From the NCBI GenBank assembly GCA_028714535.1, contig JAQTME010000001.1, positions 69,955-133,954 of the forward strand: a stretch of DNA of 64,000 bases, given 5' to 3'. Positions 19,701 through 27,708 of the stretch are shown one piece after another. Position 1 is the first letter of the stretch. The number at the start of each line of letters is the position of its first letter. Source of the stretch: Candidatus Iainarchaeum sp. GTDB lineage: Archaea > Micrarchaeota > Micrarchaeia > Anstonellales > Bilamarchaeaceae. Made by a program: the position numbers and the translations under genes. The notes under the pieces are model-generated. The model made no database searches and was not told where the DNA came from. It worked only from the letters and a program-made list of their open reading frames with translations.

Positions 19701-19890
19701 CTATGGCAGCCAGCCGGAGATTGAAGCGCGGTTGAGAGGGCTCCTGCAGGGATACCCGACGGCAATGCCGGGCAGGCTCCGGGGCCTGGGCATGCCTGGG
19801 GCCATGACTGGTTGGTACGGTACCACCACTGCCACCCCAATGAGCAACCAGACCAGGGACGAGCTCCGCTCGCTGGGGTACATAAATTAG
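16744..19890 (+). CDS. membrane-anchored double alkaline-phosphatase-superfamily protein (N-terminal PglZ/NPP-like domain, C-terminal sulfatase-like domain)
   Basis: N-terminal TM anchor. Domain 1: GFDGMDA…TTPADTPVAWTT nucleophile-Thr motif. Domain 2: DDVRADYL…TFTCPSHTIMMTGRY, a sulfatase CxPxR signature with H in place of R, and DHGM later. The 16699 ATG leaves only 3 bp to the divergent UbiA start, so 16744 is preferred. Confidence 0.65.
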   Translation, partial: WMDGRVLAILIAAAALLLIYFVYTGATAQKKADRTVIVLGFDGMDARLAEQWMDEGKLPNLARLRAMGTYSRIQTTTPADTPVAWTTVATGLNPGKHNVLDFLDRDPATYMPRIALIKKEETGGGKPLVFNLKQGEPIWKTVSDNGGRSTVITVPVTFPAEDFDGKMLSGLGTPDIRGTWGTFTAYVEGGEGGDSLMGGNFVPVEFEGGVASTELRGPKEMAINMTITRTADGVKLSFGGKEYALKQGEWSEWADIQFEANPFVKVKGTGRFYLISTDPLSLYLMPVSLDPRDPFFRISTPEWYSRQVAEDDGLYKTVGWADDTWALNDDAIDEQVFLQDAYRTLEQKEKLVLDEMEEKPDLLMAVFYQTDTVQHMFYRYMDPENPLYGSISPEEKERHKDEILRVYQRMDEAAGKVMSKAGQDDVIIVMSDHGFNPFRKAVNLNTWLANNGFLAKKPGANTSYYKLNSLYGEQGLFWNDVLLNETQAYSMGLGNIYINLKGREAQGAVGVERYDAVRDRIIRQLKELRDPETGEKVIADAQKREDLYSGPYMDNAADIVVSFNPGYRVSWQTSLGGVPPHVIEPNLKKWSGDHCTVDPKQTEGVFFVNRVMGLDGEPSLQDVNPTLRSLLGLPANESLDGMSMLRDGNETAGPEAGCKDCNVLVITMDDVRADYLPLFNPKALAETPNLEALASKSVLFTNAHTAFTFTCPSHTIMMTGRYFTDDDRQTSLPRILKGNGYATGATVGFAGLRQEECPTGAMFGYYDESSTAIGFGERDDNSAAQAMTWLQNHSKGRFFFWLHLYDAHPFGKAANASATGSYSERIGQMDGHIGEVLALLDRQNLTNKTIVVVLSDHGMGADFAHPANNRQLYDLATHVPMMIYVPGGAPARAEGLTSTVDLAPTLAALLGVHYADADGAALLDADGTLVPGSARDHVFATYRALQVVQHMVRTNEWKYIVTMIENGNTSYELYNLAQDPAESRNLYGSQPEIEARLRGLLQGYPTAMPGRLRGLGMPGAMTGWYGTTTATPMSNQTRDELRSLGYIN

Positions 19891-19961
19891 CGCGCGGTCG
19901 GATTTCTGGGCACAAAATTCCAAAAAATTCCGTCAAAAAGCGTTGGCGCGCGAAAAACTGG

Positions 19962-19985
19962 GAATAGGCTTTTAAACATTTACTG
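19962..19985 (+). promoter_or_regulatory. putative archaeal BRE/TATA promoter for the speH-like gene
   Basis: GGCTTTTAAACATTTAC lies about 30-38 nt upstream of the ATG at 20010 in an AT-rich intergenic gap. Confidence 0.3.
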
Positions 19986-20009
19986 GATTTAGTATTTCCA
20001 AGATGTAAA

Positions 20010-20438
20010 ATGGCGAAACTCGAACACATACATATCACGGTAAACGCCAGGATCGACCCTAATTTTAAGGCACTTCCAAAGGACGATGCGGGGCGTTTTG
20101 TGGATAAACTGCTGAAAGCCATCAACATGAAGCCGCTCGGCCCGCTCAACTGGGCTGACGCCGAGGACCTTGACTTCCCGGGACAGAGCTTCGTGCAGAT
20201 GATAACCACGAGCCACTGCTCGCTGCACTTCTTCGCGCACCCCAACGGCGACAAGGAGATATACTTCGACCTTTACTCGTGCAAGCCCTTCGACCCCGAG
20301 GAGGTCGTGAGGCTGCTGGATGAGAAGTTCGGCCTGCGAGACTGGCACGGCACGCTCTACACCAGGGCGACTGACAGCGCGCCGGAAGTCCGGATGATAG
20401 GGAGCCAGGCCAGGGAAGTAATAGTGGCGCGGAACTGA
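20010..20438 (+). CDS. speH: pyruvoyl-dependent S-adenosylmethionine decarboxylase proenzyme family (SpeH-like; arginine decarboxylase paralog possible)
   Basis: 142 aa. TTSHCSLHFFAHP aligns to the ESHxSxHTxPE self-cleavage region of archaeal/bacterial class 1 AdoMetDC. A downstream YSCKPF resembles the conserved TCG region. Confidence 0.65.
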   Translation: MAKLEHIHITVNARIDPNFKALPKDDAGRFVDKLLKAINMKPLGPLNWADAEDLDFPGQSFVQMITTSHCSLHFFAHPNGDKEIYFDLYSCKPFDPEEVVRLLDEKFGLRDWHGTLYTRATDSAPEVRMIGSQAREVIVARN

Positions 20439-20477
20439 ATTGCTTGTTTTTTAATTCTTCCATCCCCAGTGTAAACC

Positions 20478-20933
20478 ATGTCCAAGATGTTTGCGGTTAT
20501 CCTGGTTTTGGCGCTTGTGTCGTTAGCATTCTCAATGAGCTGCGCGGCGGACGCATACAGAAAAGCGTGCGCCTCCTGCCCGTTCGATGAGAACGGCAAG
20601 ACTGACAAGTCGTGCTCCGGCGGCTACCAGGCATCAGGAACTGCATGCATCAGCGCGGCCTACCCGATAATGGCAGGCAAATACGCCAGCGGGGAATGCC
20701 CTGCCGTGGATGCGTGCGCCAGCGAATTATCTTCGTGCGTCGCCCAGTATTCCAGCGGCAATGACAGGGCAGACTGCCAGGAAGGCTCGGTGGCCATCTG
20801 CTATGCTGCCGCGGACCAGTGCACCCAGCAGGCCGCGGTCAAGTGCGGCGAGATAGAGAACCCGTGCAAGGCACCGTCGTTCATAATGCTGCTGCTACTG
20901 GCAGGGGCCGCATTTTACAGCAGGAAAAAATGA
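20478..20933 (+). CDS. small Cys-rich secreted protein with a C-terminal Cys + hydrophobic + RKK sorting signal
   Basis: Signal peptide MSKMFAVILVLALVSLAFS, about 17 Cys, C-terminus …NPCKAPSFIMLLLLAGAAFYSRKK*. A TATA-like TTTTTTAATTC lies about 25 nt upstream. Confidence 0.55.
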   Translation: MSKMFAVILVLALVSLAFSMSCAADAYRKACASCPFDENGKTDKSCSGGYQASGTACISAAYPIMAGKYASGECPAVDACASELSSCVAQYSSGNDRADCQEGSVAICYAAADQCTQQAAVKCGEIENPCKAPSFIMLLLLAGAAFYSRKK

Positions 20934-20937
20934 GAAG

Positions 20938-22116
20938 CTAGAGGTTGCGGTAGATGTGCACCACTGAGGTGGCGCCGCTGCCGCCGACGTTCTGGCTCAG
21001 CCCTATGTGCGCGCCCTTCACCTGGCGGCCTTCTGCCTCGCCGCGGAGCTGCCAGACAACCTCCACTGCCTGCTTCACGCCGGTGGCGCCGACGGGGTGG
21101 CCGCAGGCCTTGAGCCCGCCGGATGTGTTAATCGGGATTTCACTGCCAAGGGCGGTCTTCCCTTCCAGGGTGGCCTTCCCGCCCTCGCCCCTCTTGAAGA
21201 AGCCAAGGTCCTCTATGGCCATTATCTCCGCTATTGTGAAGCAGTCGTGCACTTCCGCGAAATCCATGTCCTTGGGCGTGAGCTGCGCACGCTCGAATGC
21301 CTTCTTCGCGGCGACCTGGGTTGCGCGCAGCCCGGTCATGCTCTCGCGCGAATGCAATGCGATCGCATCGCTGGCCTGGGCGCTGGAGAGGAGCTCTATC
21401 GGCTTTTTCACGTAGCTGGGCGCCACGTCAAGGGGCGCGAGCACCACCGCTGCAGCGCCGTCGGTTATCGGCGAGCAGTCGAAGACCTTGAGCGGGTCTG
21501 CTATCATCTTGGAGTCCATCACCGTCTCTATGGATATCTCCTTCTGGAACTGCGCGTATTTGTTCTTGGCGCCGTGCTTGTGGTTCTTGACCGCGACAGC
21601 AGCCATCATCTCCTCTGTCGTTCCGTACTCATGCATGTGCCTGCGCGCCATGAGCGCGTATATGGCAGGGAAGGTAGCGCCGAGGAAAAGCTCCCATTCC
21701 TGGTCGCCTGCGCCCCCGAGTATGTCGCTGACTGTGTTCACGCCCAGGTCGGTCATCTTCTCCACACCGCCGACGACGACCAGGTCGTGCATGCCGCTGG
21801 CCACTGCCATGATGCCCTGCCTGAGGGCAAGGCTGCCTGAGGCGCACGCGCCCTCGACACGGGTGATAGGGATGGGATTGAGCCCCATGTAGTCTGCGAG
21901 CAGGCCGCCGATGTGCTCCTGGCCTATGAGCCGGCCTGACGCCATGGTGCCGACGAAGCCGCCGTCTATCCTGTCCCCTGATATGCCCGCGTCGGCTATG
22001 GCCTTGACGCCTGCCTCGACCACCAGGTCGCGGAAGCCGGTTTCCCAGTGCTCGCCGAAGGCGGTCATGCCCGCCCCTATGATTGCGACTTTTCTCATAA
22101 GGATTACCGTCAGCAT
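20938..22116 (-). CDS. thiolase (acetyl-CoA C-acyltransferase, archaeal/SCP-x type)
   Basis: 392 aa. Thiolase active-site regions (…EGACASGS… Cys nucleophile, C-terminal GHPVGATG, NVGGSGATS). Confidence 0.8.
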   Translation of the reverse strand: MLTVILMRKVAIIGAGMTAFGEHWETGFRDLVVEAGVKAIADAGISGDRIDGGFVGTMASGRLIGQEHIGGLLADYMGLNPIPITRVEGACASGSLALRQGIMAVASGMHDLVVVGGVEKMTDLGVNTVSDILGGAGDQEWELFLGATFPAIYALMARRHMHEYGTTEEMMAAVAVKNHKHGAKNKYAQFQKEISIETVMDSKMIADPLKVFDCSPITDGAAAVVLAPLDVAPSYVKKPIELLSSAQASDAIALHSRESMTGLRATQVAAKKAFERAQLTPKDMDFAEVHDCFTIAEIMAIEDLGFFKRGEGGKATLEGKTALGSEIPINTSGGLKACGHPVGATGVKQAVEVVWQLRGEAEGRQVKGAHIGLSQNVGGSGATSVVHIYRNL

Positions 22117-22210
22117 ATTGCCGGGGACGGTTTAAAAAAGATGGGGCACGGAGTTCGGCACTGGACGTTGGCCTGCAAAAAATTAAAAACAGTTCATCTA
22201 TAGTATTCGT

Positions 22211-23605
22211 ATGGTAACCAAAATCACCAGTCGCTACTTTGATGAGAAGCACGAGGAGTGCGGCGTGCTCGGCATCTATTCCAAGACGGGCAAGGACGTC
22301 GCACCGCTGATCTACAAGGCCCTCATCGCGCTGCAGCACCGCGGTCAGGACGCGGCGGGCTTCGCGGTATTATACGACAGGAACATAGAGGCGCGCCTCG
22401 GCATCGGATTGGTGGACCAGATTTTCAAGCCTGACGACCTGGCGCTGCACGGCTCCATAGGCGTGGGGCACACCCGCTACCCGACCATAGGCGAATGCCG
22501 CATGTGCGACGTGCAGCCGTCGGTGTTCGGCGACATCGCCGCAGCGCACAACGGCCACATAGCGAACTATGACGACTTGAAGAAGCAGCTGGAGGGCGAG
22601 GGCTACAAGTACACGAGCACAGTGGATTCAGAGCCAATCGCATTCCTGCTCCACCGCAACACAAGCATAGAGGCGGGGGTCAGGGACGTGATGAAAAGCG
22701 CCGAGGGGTCATACTCGGACGCAGCCATCCTGGAGGGAAAGCTCGTCGTTTTCCGCGACCCGCACGCCATAAGGCCGTTGGTGTGGGGCGAGAATAAGGA
22801 CTTCATATGCTTCTGCTCGGAGACCGTGGCGCTCGACATAAACGGCATACCCTACAAGGGCGAGGTGAAGGGCGGCGAACTGATAATCGTGGACAGGAAG
22901 GGCATGAGGCGCCAGCAGCTCGTGCCCGAACAGCCGAAACACTGCATGTTCGAATACGTATATTTCGCCAGGCCGGATTCCAGCATGAACGGCAAGAGCG
23001 TATATGAGGCGAGGAGGAGGCTTGGGACGAACCTGGCGCGGGAGGCGCCTGCGAAGGCCGATGTGGTGGTGGCTGTCCCTGACACGTCGCGCATAGCGGC
23101 CGAGAGCTATGCGAGGGCTCTGGGCATCCCATGCGAGGAGGGCCTGATAAAGAACAGGTACATTGGGAGGACGTTCATAATGCCTGACCAGGAGAAGCGC
23201 ATGGATGCTGTTAAGCTGAAGCTCAACCCTGTGCGCGAGGTGGTCGGCGGCAAGTCGGTGGTGCTGGTGGACGACAGCATAGTGCGCGGCACCACGCTCA
23301 AGGAGATTGTCGCGCTGGTGCGTGGCGCAGGCGCCAAGGAGGTGCACCTGCGGATAACCTGCCCGCCCGTCCGGGCGCCGTGCTTCTACGGCGTTGACAT
23401 GTCAACCTATAGCGAGCTCATAGCGAACAAGAAGAGCATTGAGGAGATAGGGAAGTTCCTCGGCGCGGACAGCCTCGCCTATCTTTCCATAGACGGGCTC
23501 AAGGCCGCGCTGGACCTTCCGCTGTGCACCGCATGCCTTAATGAAGAGTATCATTCTGACTACGTAAGGAACATGGCCAAGGCCGTGAAGGCCAGGGAGA
23601 TCTGA
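22211..23605 (+). CDS. purF: amidophosphoribosyltransferase
   Basis: 464 aa. N-terminal Cys nucleophile (…EECGVLGIY) and a PRTase motif VVLVDDSIVRGTT. Confidence 0.85.
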   Translation: MVTKITSRYFDEKHEECGVLGIYSKTGKDVAPLIYKALIALQHRGQDAAGFAVLYDRNIEARLGIGLVDQIFKPDDLALHGSIGVGHTRYPTIGECRMCDVQPSVFGDIAAAHNGHIANYDDLKKQLEGEGYKYTSTVDSEPIAFLLHRNTSIEAGVRDVMKSAEGSYSDAAILEGKLVVFRDPHAIRPLVWGENKDFICFCSETVALDINGIPYKGEVKGGELIIVDRKGMRRQQLVPEQPKHCMFEYVYFARPDSSMNGKSVYEARRRLGTNLAREAPAKADVVVAVPDTSRIAAESYARALGIPCEEGLIKNRYIGRTFIMPDQEKRMDAVKLKLNPVREVVGGKSVVLVDDSIVRGTTLKEIVALVRGAGAKEVHLRITCPPVRAPCFYGVDMSTYSELIANKKSIEEIGKFLGADSLAYLSIDGLKAALDLPLCTACLNEEYHSDYVRNMAKAVKAREI

Positions 23606-23609
23606 GCGC

Positions 23610-25193
23610 ATGGTCGTCGTCGAATACCTTTACGAGGAGATGAAGGGGCTGGTCAACCTGCCCCTTGAGAAGGTGGTGAACGGCCTGAGCGAGCTGGGCG
23701 CGCCTTCCGAATACGAGGAGGAGACCAAGAAGATAATAACCGAGCTCACGCCGAACAGGCCTGACTGGTATTCCATGGAGGGCCTTGCCAGGGCCCTGAG
23801 GGCCTATTACGGCAAGGGGCATCCGGAATACAGCACCAGGAAATCCGATTATGAGGTCATCGTGGATTCATCGGTGGCCAGGATAAGGCCTTATACGGCC
23901 TGCGCTGTGGTCATGGGGCTGAAATTCAACGACCAGCGCATCACGGACATGGTCCTGCTGCAGGAGAAGCTCCTGGCGACCCTCGGCAGGAGGGTGAAAA
24001 AATTCGGCCTGGGCATCTACCCGCTCCACGTGATAAAATTCCCTGTGCGCTACACGACGATGAAGCCGGCTGAGATAAGGTACGTGCCGCTCGGCCATGA
24101 GAAAGAGATGAGCGCTGCCGAGATAATGGCGCAGCACAAGAAAGGCCAGCAGTACGGCCACCTGATAAGGCAATTCGACAGGTACCCGGTATTCGTGGAC
24201 GCCGCCGGCAAGATAATGGCACTCATCCCGGTCGTCAATTCTGCAGAGACAGGCAAGGTGGACGCGGCAACCAAGGACGTGTTCATAGAGGTGTCCGGAA
24301 CAGACCTGAATGCGTGCAAGGCCGCCCTTAACATCCTCGTGTGCACGTTCGCGGACATGGGCGGCACGATATATGAGGTCGGCGTGAAGTACGGCAAGGA
24401 AACGCTCGCCCTGCCAGACCTGGAGCCGAAAAAGGTGAAGCTGGACCTGAAGAAGGTGAACGGGATCCTTGGGCTGGAGCTCAAGGAGAAGGATGCCGCA
24501 GGCCTGCTCGCCAGGATGGGATACCGATACCAGGGCGGACATGCCATAGTGCCCCCGTATCGGGCAGACATCATGGGACCGATTGACGTCATAGAGGACA
24601 TAGCCATCGCCTACGGGTACAACAACTTCAAGCCGACCATACCTGACTTCTTCTTCCCTGGGAAGATAAACAGGGATTATGAGGATGCGGACGCTGCTAT
24701 GCGCGGCATGGGCTTCCTTGAGATAAAAACCTTCATACTGACGAACTGGGAGAAGCTGAAGCGCACGGGCTATGAGGGCAAGGTGGTTGAGATAGCCAAC
24801 CCGTCCAACGAGGAATACACAATAATCAGGCCGAACCTGCTCTCTGACATGCTGGACACCTTCGCCATGAACAAGATGAAGGGCCTGCCGCAGAGGCTTT
24901 ATGAGATTGGCACCGTGCAGGCGGCTTCCGGCGGCAGTAAGAGGCTCGTCTTCGGCATCATGGACAAGAAGGTCGATTTCTCCGAAGCGCGCGGCTGCCT
25001 GCAGGCGCTGGCGCAGGGCTCCGGCTTTGAATTCTCCCTTGAGAAAAAGAAGACCGGCCTTTTCGAGCCGTTGATTTCATGCTCGGTCGTCTCCAAAGGC
25101 AGGGAGCTGGGCGTTTTCGGCAAGGTCAGGGCGGATGTGATGGAAACGTTCGGCCTAGGCTTCGAGGCTTACATTTGTGAGCTGGAACTGTAG
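23610..25193 (+). CDS. pheT: phenylalanyl-tRNA synthetase beta subunit (archaeal type)
   Basis: 527 aa. B3/B4 and B5 domain organisation without the bacterial N-terminal tRNA-binding domain. Confidence 0.8.
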   Translation: MVVVEYLYEEMKGLVNLPLEKVVNGLSELGAPSEYEEETKKIITELTPNRPDWYSMEGLARALRAYYGKGHPEYSTRKSDYEVIVDSSVARIRPYTACAVVMGLKFNDQRITDMVLLQEKLLATLGRRVKKFGLGIYPLHVIKFPVRYTTMKPAEIRYVPLGHEKEMSAAEIMAQHKKGQQYGHLIRQFDRYPVFVDAAGKIMALIPVVNSAETGKVDAATKDVFIEVSGTDLNACKAALNILVCTFADMGGTIYEVGVKYGKETLALPDLEPKKVKLDLKKVNGILGLELKEKDAAGLLARMGYRYQGGHAIVPPYRADIMGPIDVIEDIAIAYGYNNFKPTIPDFFFPGKINRDYEDADAAMRGMGFLEIKTFILTNWEKLKRTGYEGKVVEIANPSNEEYTIIRPNLLSDMLDTFAMNKMKGLPQRLYEIGTVQAASGGSKRLVFGIMDKKVDFSEARGCLQALAQGSGFEFSLEKKKTGLFEPLISCSVVSKGRELGVFGKVRADVMETFGLGFEAYICELEL

Positions 25194-25206
25194 GAGACCC
25201 ACCCCA

Positions 25207-25236
25207 AACTTCCACTAATCAAGCGGTTTGTTTTTG
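25207..25236. repeat. left terminal inverted repeat of the AT-rich cassette
   Basis: aacttccactaat + 6-nt spacer + gtttgtttttg. The reverse complement recurs at 25538-25571 (13 bp and 10 bp perfect blocks). Confidence 0.6.
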
Positions 25237-25545
25237 TCAGAGCCGCTCTATACTCTCCGAATAGGATTTGTACACCACGACAGCCTTGCCGAAGCGCCGG
25301 AAGAAGGAATCCATTGTTTTTTCCATTTTTGGCTGCACTGCCAGGACTGATTTCGTCTTCCACGCCTCTTTTTTGAGGGAAAGGCGGCCCAGATGGTAGT
25401 AGAACAGCCGCTTCGCGCGGTTGAACGAACCCTTGTCCTTAGCTTTAACGTCGTAAATATACAATATCTGCACGAAAACCACGACCAGATGGCAGAAACC
25501 TTTCGTTGTTGTTATGTATCTATAGTTACATAAATTTAAAAACAA
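25237..25545 (-). CDS. small basic hypothetical protein inside an AT-rich IR-flanked cassette
   Basis: 102-aa ORF, Lys/Arg-rich, in a low-GC segment bounded by inverted repeats. No secure family assignment; a faint Cas2/VapD-like pattern (…LYIYDV…, …VVVYKS…) is not convincing. Confidence 0.3.
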   Translation of the reverse strand: MFLNLCNYRYITTTKGFCHLVVVFVQILYIYDVKAKDKGSFNRAKRLFYYHLGRLSLKKEAWKTKSVLAVQPKMEKTMDSFFRRFGKAVVVYKSYSESIERL

Positions 25546-25571
25546 ACAACGATGGTTTATTAGTGGAAGTT
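25538..25571. repeat. right terminal inverted repeat of the AT-rich cassette
   Basis: aaaaacaaac + 11-nt spacer + attagtggaagtt, the reverse complement of the blocks at 25207-25236. Confidence 0.6.
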
Positions 25572-25631
25572 ACCCCCCTCCCCACCTGTCTTTTTGCTCG
25601 TTCCATACGGCGTTGCCGGGTTCTGCGCCGC

Positions 25632-27023
25632 CTATTTCTTGCCGAGTTCAGCGCAGTATTTGGAATAAGTGATGAACCGCTCCATCGCCTTCACGGCGGC
25701 CCGGGGCGAGTTGTAGCTCGGCACTCCCTTGCTTTCCAGGACCTTCCTGTAGCTTTCCGTGTATGTGCCGCCGACCGATATCGTGGCTATGGGCTTCTTG
25801 CCATTGCCGGCAGCGGCGGCAAGGACGTGGATTATGCGCTCATCAATCGGCGGTGTCTGCAGCAGCACGACCACGACCAGAGCATCCACCCCAGGGTCCT
25901 TCAAAAGGAGGTTCAGGGCCTTCTCATAGGCTTCCACGCCGGCGTCGGCCACAAGGTCCAAGGGATTGGCGACGTTGCCGTATGCCGGCAGGATCTTCTT
26001 CAGCTCTGCTTCCGTCTCCTTGCTGAACTGTGCCAATGCGAGCCCCTCGCTTTCTATTGCGTCGGCCGTGAGGACCCCCATCCCGCCGCCGTTTGTTATG
26101 ACGCCAACGCGGTTCCCGGCCGTTTTGGGCTGGTCGAATATCTTGACGATGTCGAAAACCTCGCTTATACCCTCGGCTTCGGTCACCTTGGCCTGCTTGA
26201 ACGCGGCCTGGTACGCAAGGTAGCTGCCTGCGATGTTGCCCGTGTGCGACCGCGCTGCGGCCTGCCCGCCCATGCCACGGCCTGCCTTGAGCGCTATTAT
26301 GGGCTTCACCCGGTTGACTTTCTTCATGGCCTCAAGTAACCGCCTGCCATCCTTGGCGCCTTCCAGGTAGAGTATTATTATCTCAGTTTCCTTGTCCTGC
26401 ATGAGGAACTCAAGGTAATCGCTCTCATCAAGGACGGTGCTGTTGCCGTAGGATATGAATTTGGAAAATCCCAGGCCGTAGAATGCGGCCAGATCCATCA
26501 CCGTGGAGCCGACCGCGCCGCTCTGAGTTATGAATGCTATGTTGCCCGGCTTCGGCCTTTCCAGCTTGTACGTGGGCAGGAACACACTGTCGAGTTTGCT
26601 GTATGGGTTGTATATGCCAAGGCAGTTCGGTCCGACCACCGGCATGCCGTTCGCATCTGCTATCTCCTTTATCCTCTGTGCCAGGTCGGTCCTCCCGACC
26701 TCCTCGAAGCCGCCGCTGAGTATGAGGACGCCGCCTGCCTTCTTGGCTGCGCAGTCCTCGACCACGCCCGGTACTGTTTCTGCCGGCGTCGCAATGATGA
26801 CGCAATCCACGCTGCCTGGTATGTCGCTCACCTTGGCATAGCATTTCAGACCGTACATCTCAGTGTGCTTGGGGTTGACAGGGTAGACCTTGCCCGGAAA
26901 TTTCGCGTCCAGGAAGTTCCGCAGCACCACATTGCCTATCTTGTTCTGCGTCGGCGATGCGCCGACTATGGCAACCGACCGTGGGTTGGCCGCCAGTTTC
27001 AGTCTCTGTAGCATCTTCTTCAT
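25632..27023 (-). CDS. acdA: acetyl-CoA synthetase (ADP-forming), alpha subunit
   Basis: 463 aa. CoA-binding domain (AIVGAS…) and succinyl-CoA-synthetase-like domain with a His-loop region. Confidence 0.8.
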   Translation of the reverse strand: MKKMLQRLKLAANPRSVAIVGASPTQNKIGNVVLRNFLDAKFPGKVYPVNPKHTEMYGLKCYAKVSDIPGSVDCVIIATPAETVPGVVEDCAAKKAGGVLILSGGFEEVGRTDLAQRIKEIADANGMPVVGPNCLGIYNPYSKLDSVFLPTYKLERPKPGNIAFITQSGAVGSTVMDLAAFYGLGFSKFISYGNSTVLDESDYLEFLMQDKETEIIILYLEGAKDGRRLLEAMKKVNRVKPIIALKAGRGMGGQAAARSHTGNIAGSYLAYQAAFKQAKVTEAEGISEVFDIVKIFDQPKTAGNRVGVITNGGGMGVLTADAIESEGLALAQFSKETEAELKKILPAYGNVANPLDLVADAGVEAYEKALNLLLKDPGVDALVVVVLLQTPPIDERIIHVLAAAAGNGKKPIATISVGGTYTESYRKVLESKGVPSYNSPRAAVKAMERFITYSKYCAELGKK

Positions 27024-27027
27024 GTGA

Positions 27028-27651
27028 TTACCTGCTGAACCTGGCGTCGACGATGTCGCAGCCCTGGTCGTCGAAAACCACCGGATTGAGGTCCATCTCC
27101 TTTATGTCCTCCTTCTGCATGAAATTGCACGCCTTGAGGATGAGCTGCTGCAGCGCCTTCTTGTTTACCGGTTTCTTGCCCCTCGCCCCCTCAAGCAGCG
27201 GGTGGGACTTGAGCTCAGACACCATCTCCTCCACGTCGGAACCGACAAGCGGGCATATCCTGGCGCTCACATCACGGAATATTTCCACATATATGCCGCC
27301 CAACCCCAGCACCATCATGTGCCCGAACTGCGGGTCCTTCTTGCCGCCGATAATGAGTTCCACGCCCTTGCGGGCCATCTTCTGCACTAGCACGCCATCA
27401 ATCTTCTTGCCGGCAGCGCTCTGCACGATGTCGCGGTATGCGAGCGCTAGCGACTCGTCGTTCCTGATATTGACCTTGACCCCGCCCACGTCCGTCTTGT
27501 GCTCGATTTCAGGCGAGACTATCTTCAGGGCCACCGGATAACCGATCTTTTTCGCAGCCCCAACCGCTTCCTTCTCGCTTTTCGCGAGCCTGTAGGGGAG
27601 AAGGGTGAAGCCGTGCTTCTCGAGCAGGGCGAAGTCTTCAACCAGTGTCAT
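27028..27651 (-). CDS. acdB: acetyl-CoA synthetase (ADP-forming), beta subunit (ATP-grasp)
   Basis: 207-aa ATP-grasp fold protein directly upstream of the alpha subunit. Confidence 0.75.
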   Translation of the reverse strand: MTLVEDFALLEKHGFTLLPYRLAKSEKEAVGAAKKIGYPVALKIVSPEIEHKTDVGGVKVNIRNDESLALAYRDIVQSAAGKKIDGVLVQKMARKGVELIIGGKKDPQFGHMMVLGLGGIYVEIFRDVSARICPLVGSDVEEMVSELKSHPLLEGARGKKPVNKKALQQLILKACNFMQKEDIKEMDLNPVVFDDQGCDIVDARFSR

Positions 27652-27708
27652 GGAGGTAACTAAACAGGCGCGCCTATTTAATTTTTGCTCATGCCTGGAA
27701 GGGCCGGG

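Noticed and set aside
25237-25545. Assignment of the small cassette ORF as Cas2/VapD
   Set aside because: Only faint pattern similarity (…YIYDV…, …VVVYKS…). No CRISPR array or other cas genes in the window. Insufficient to call.
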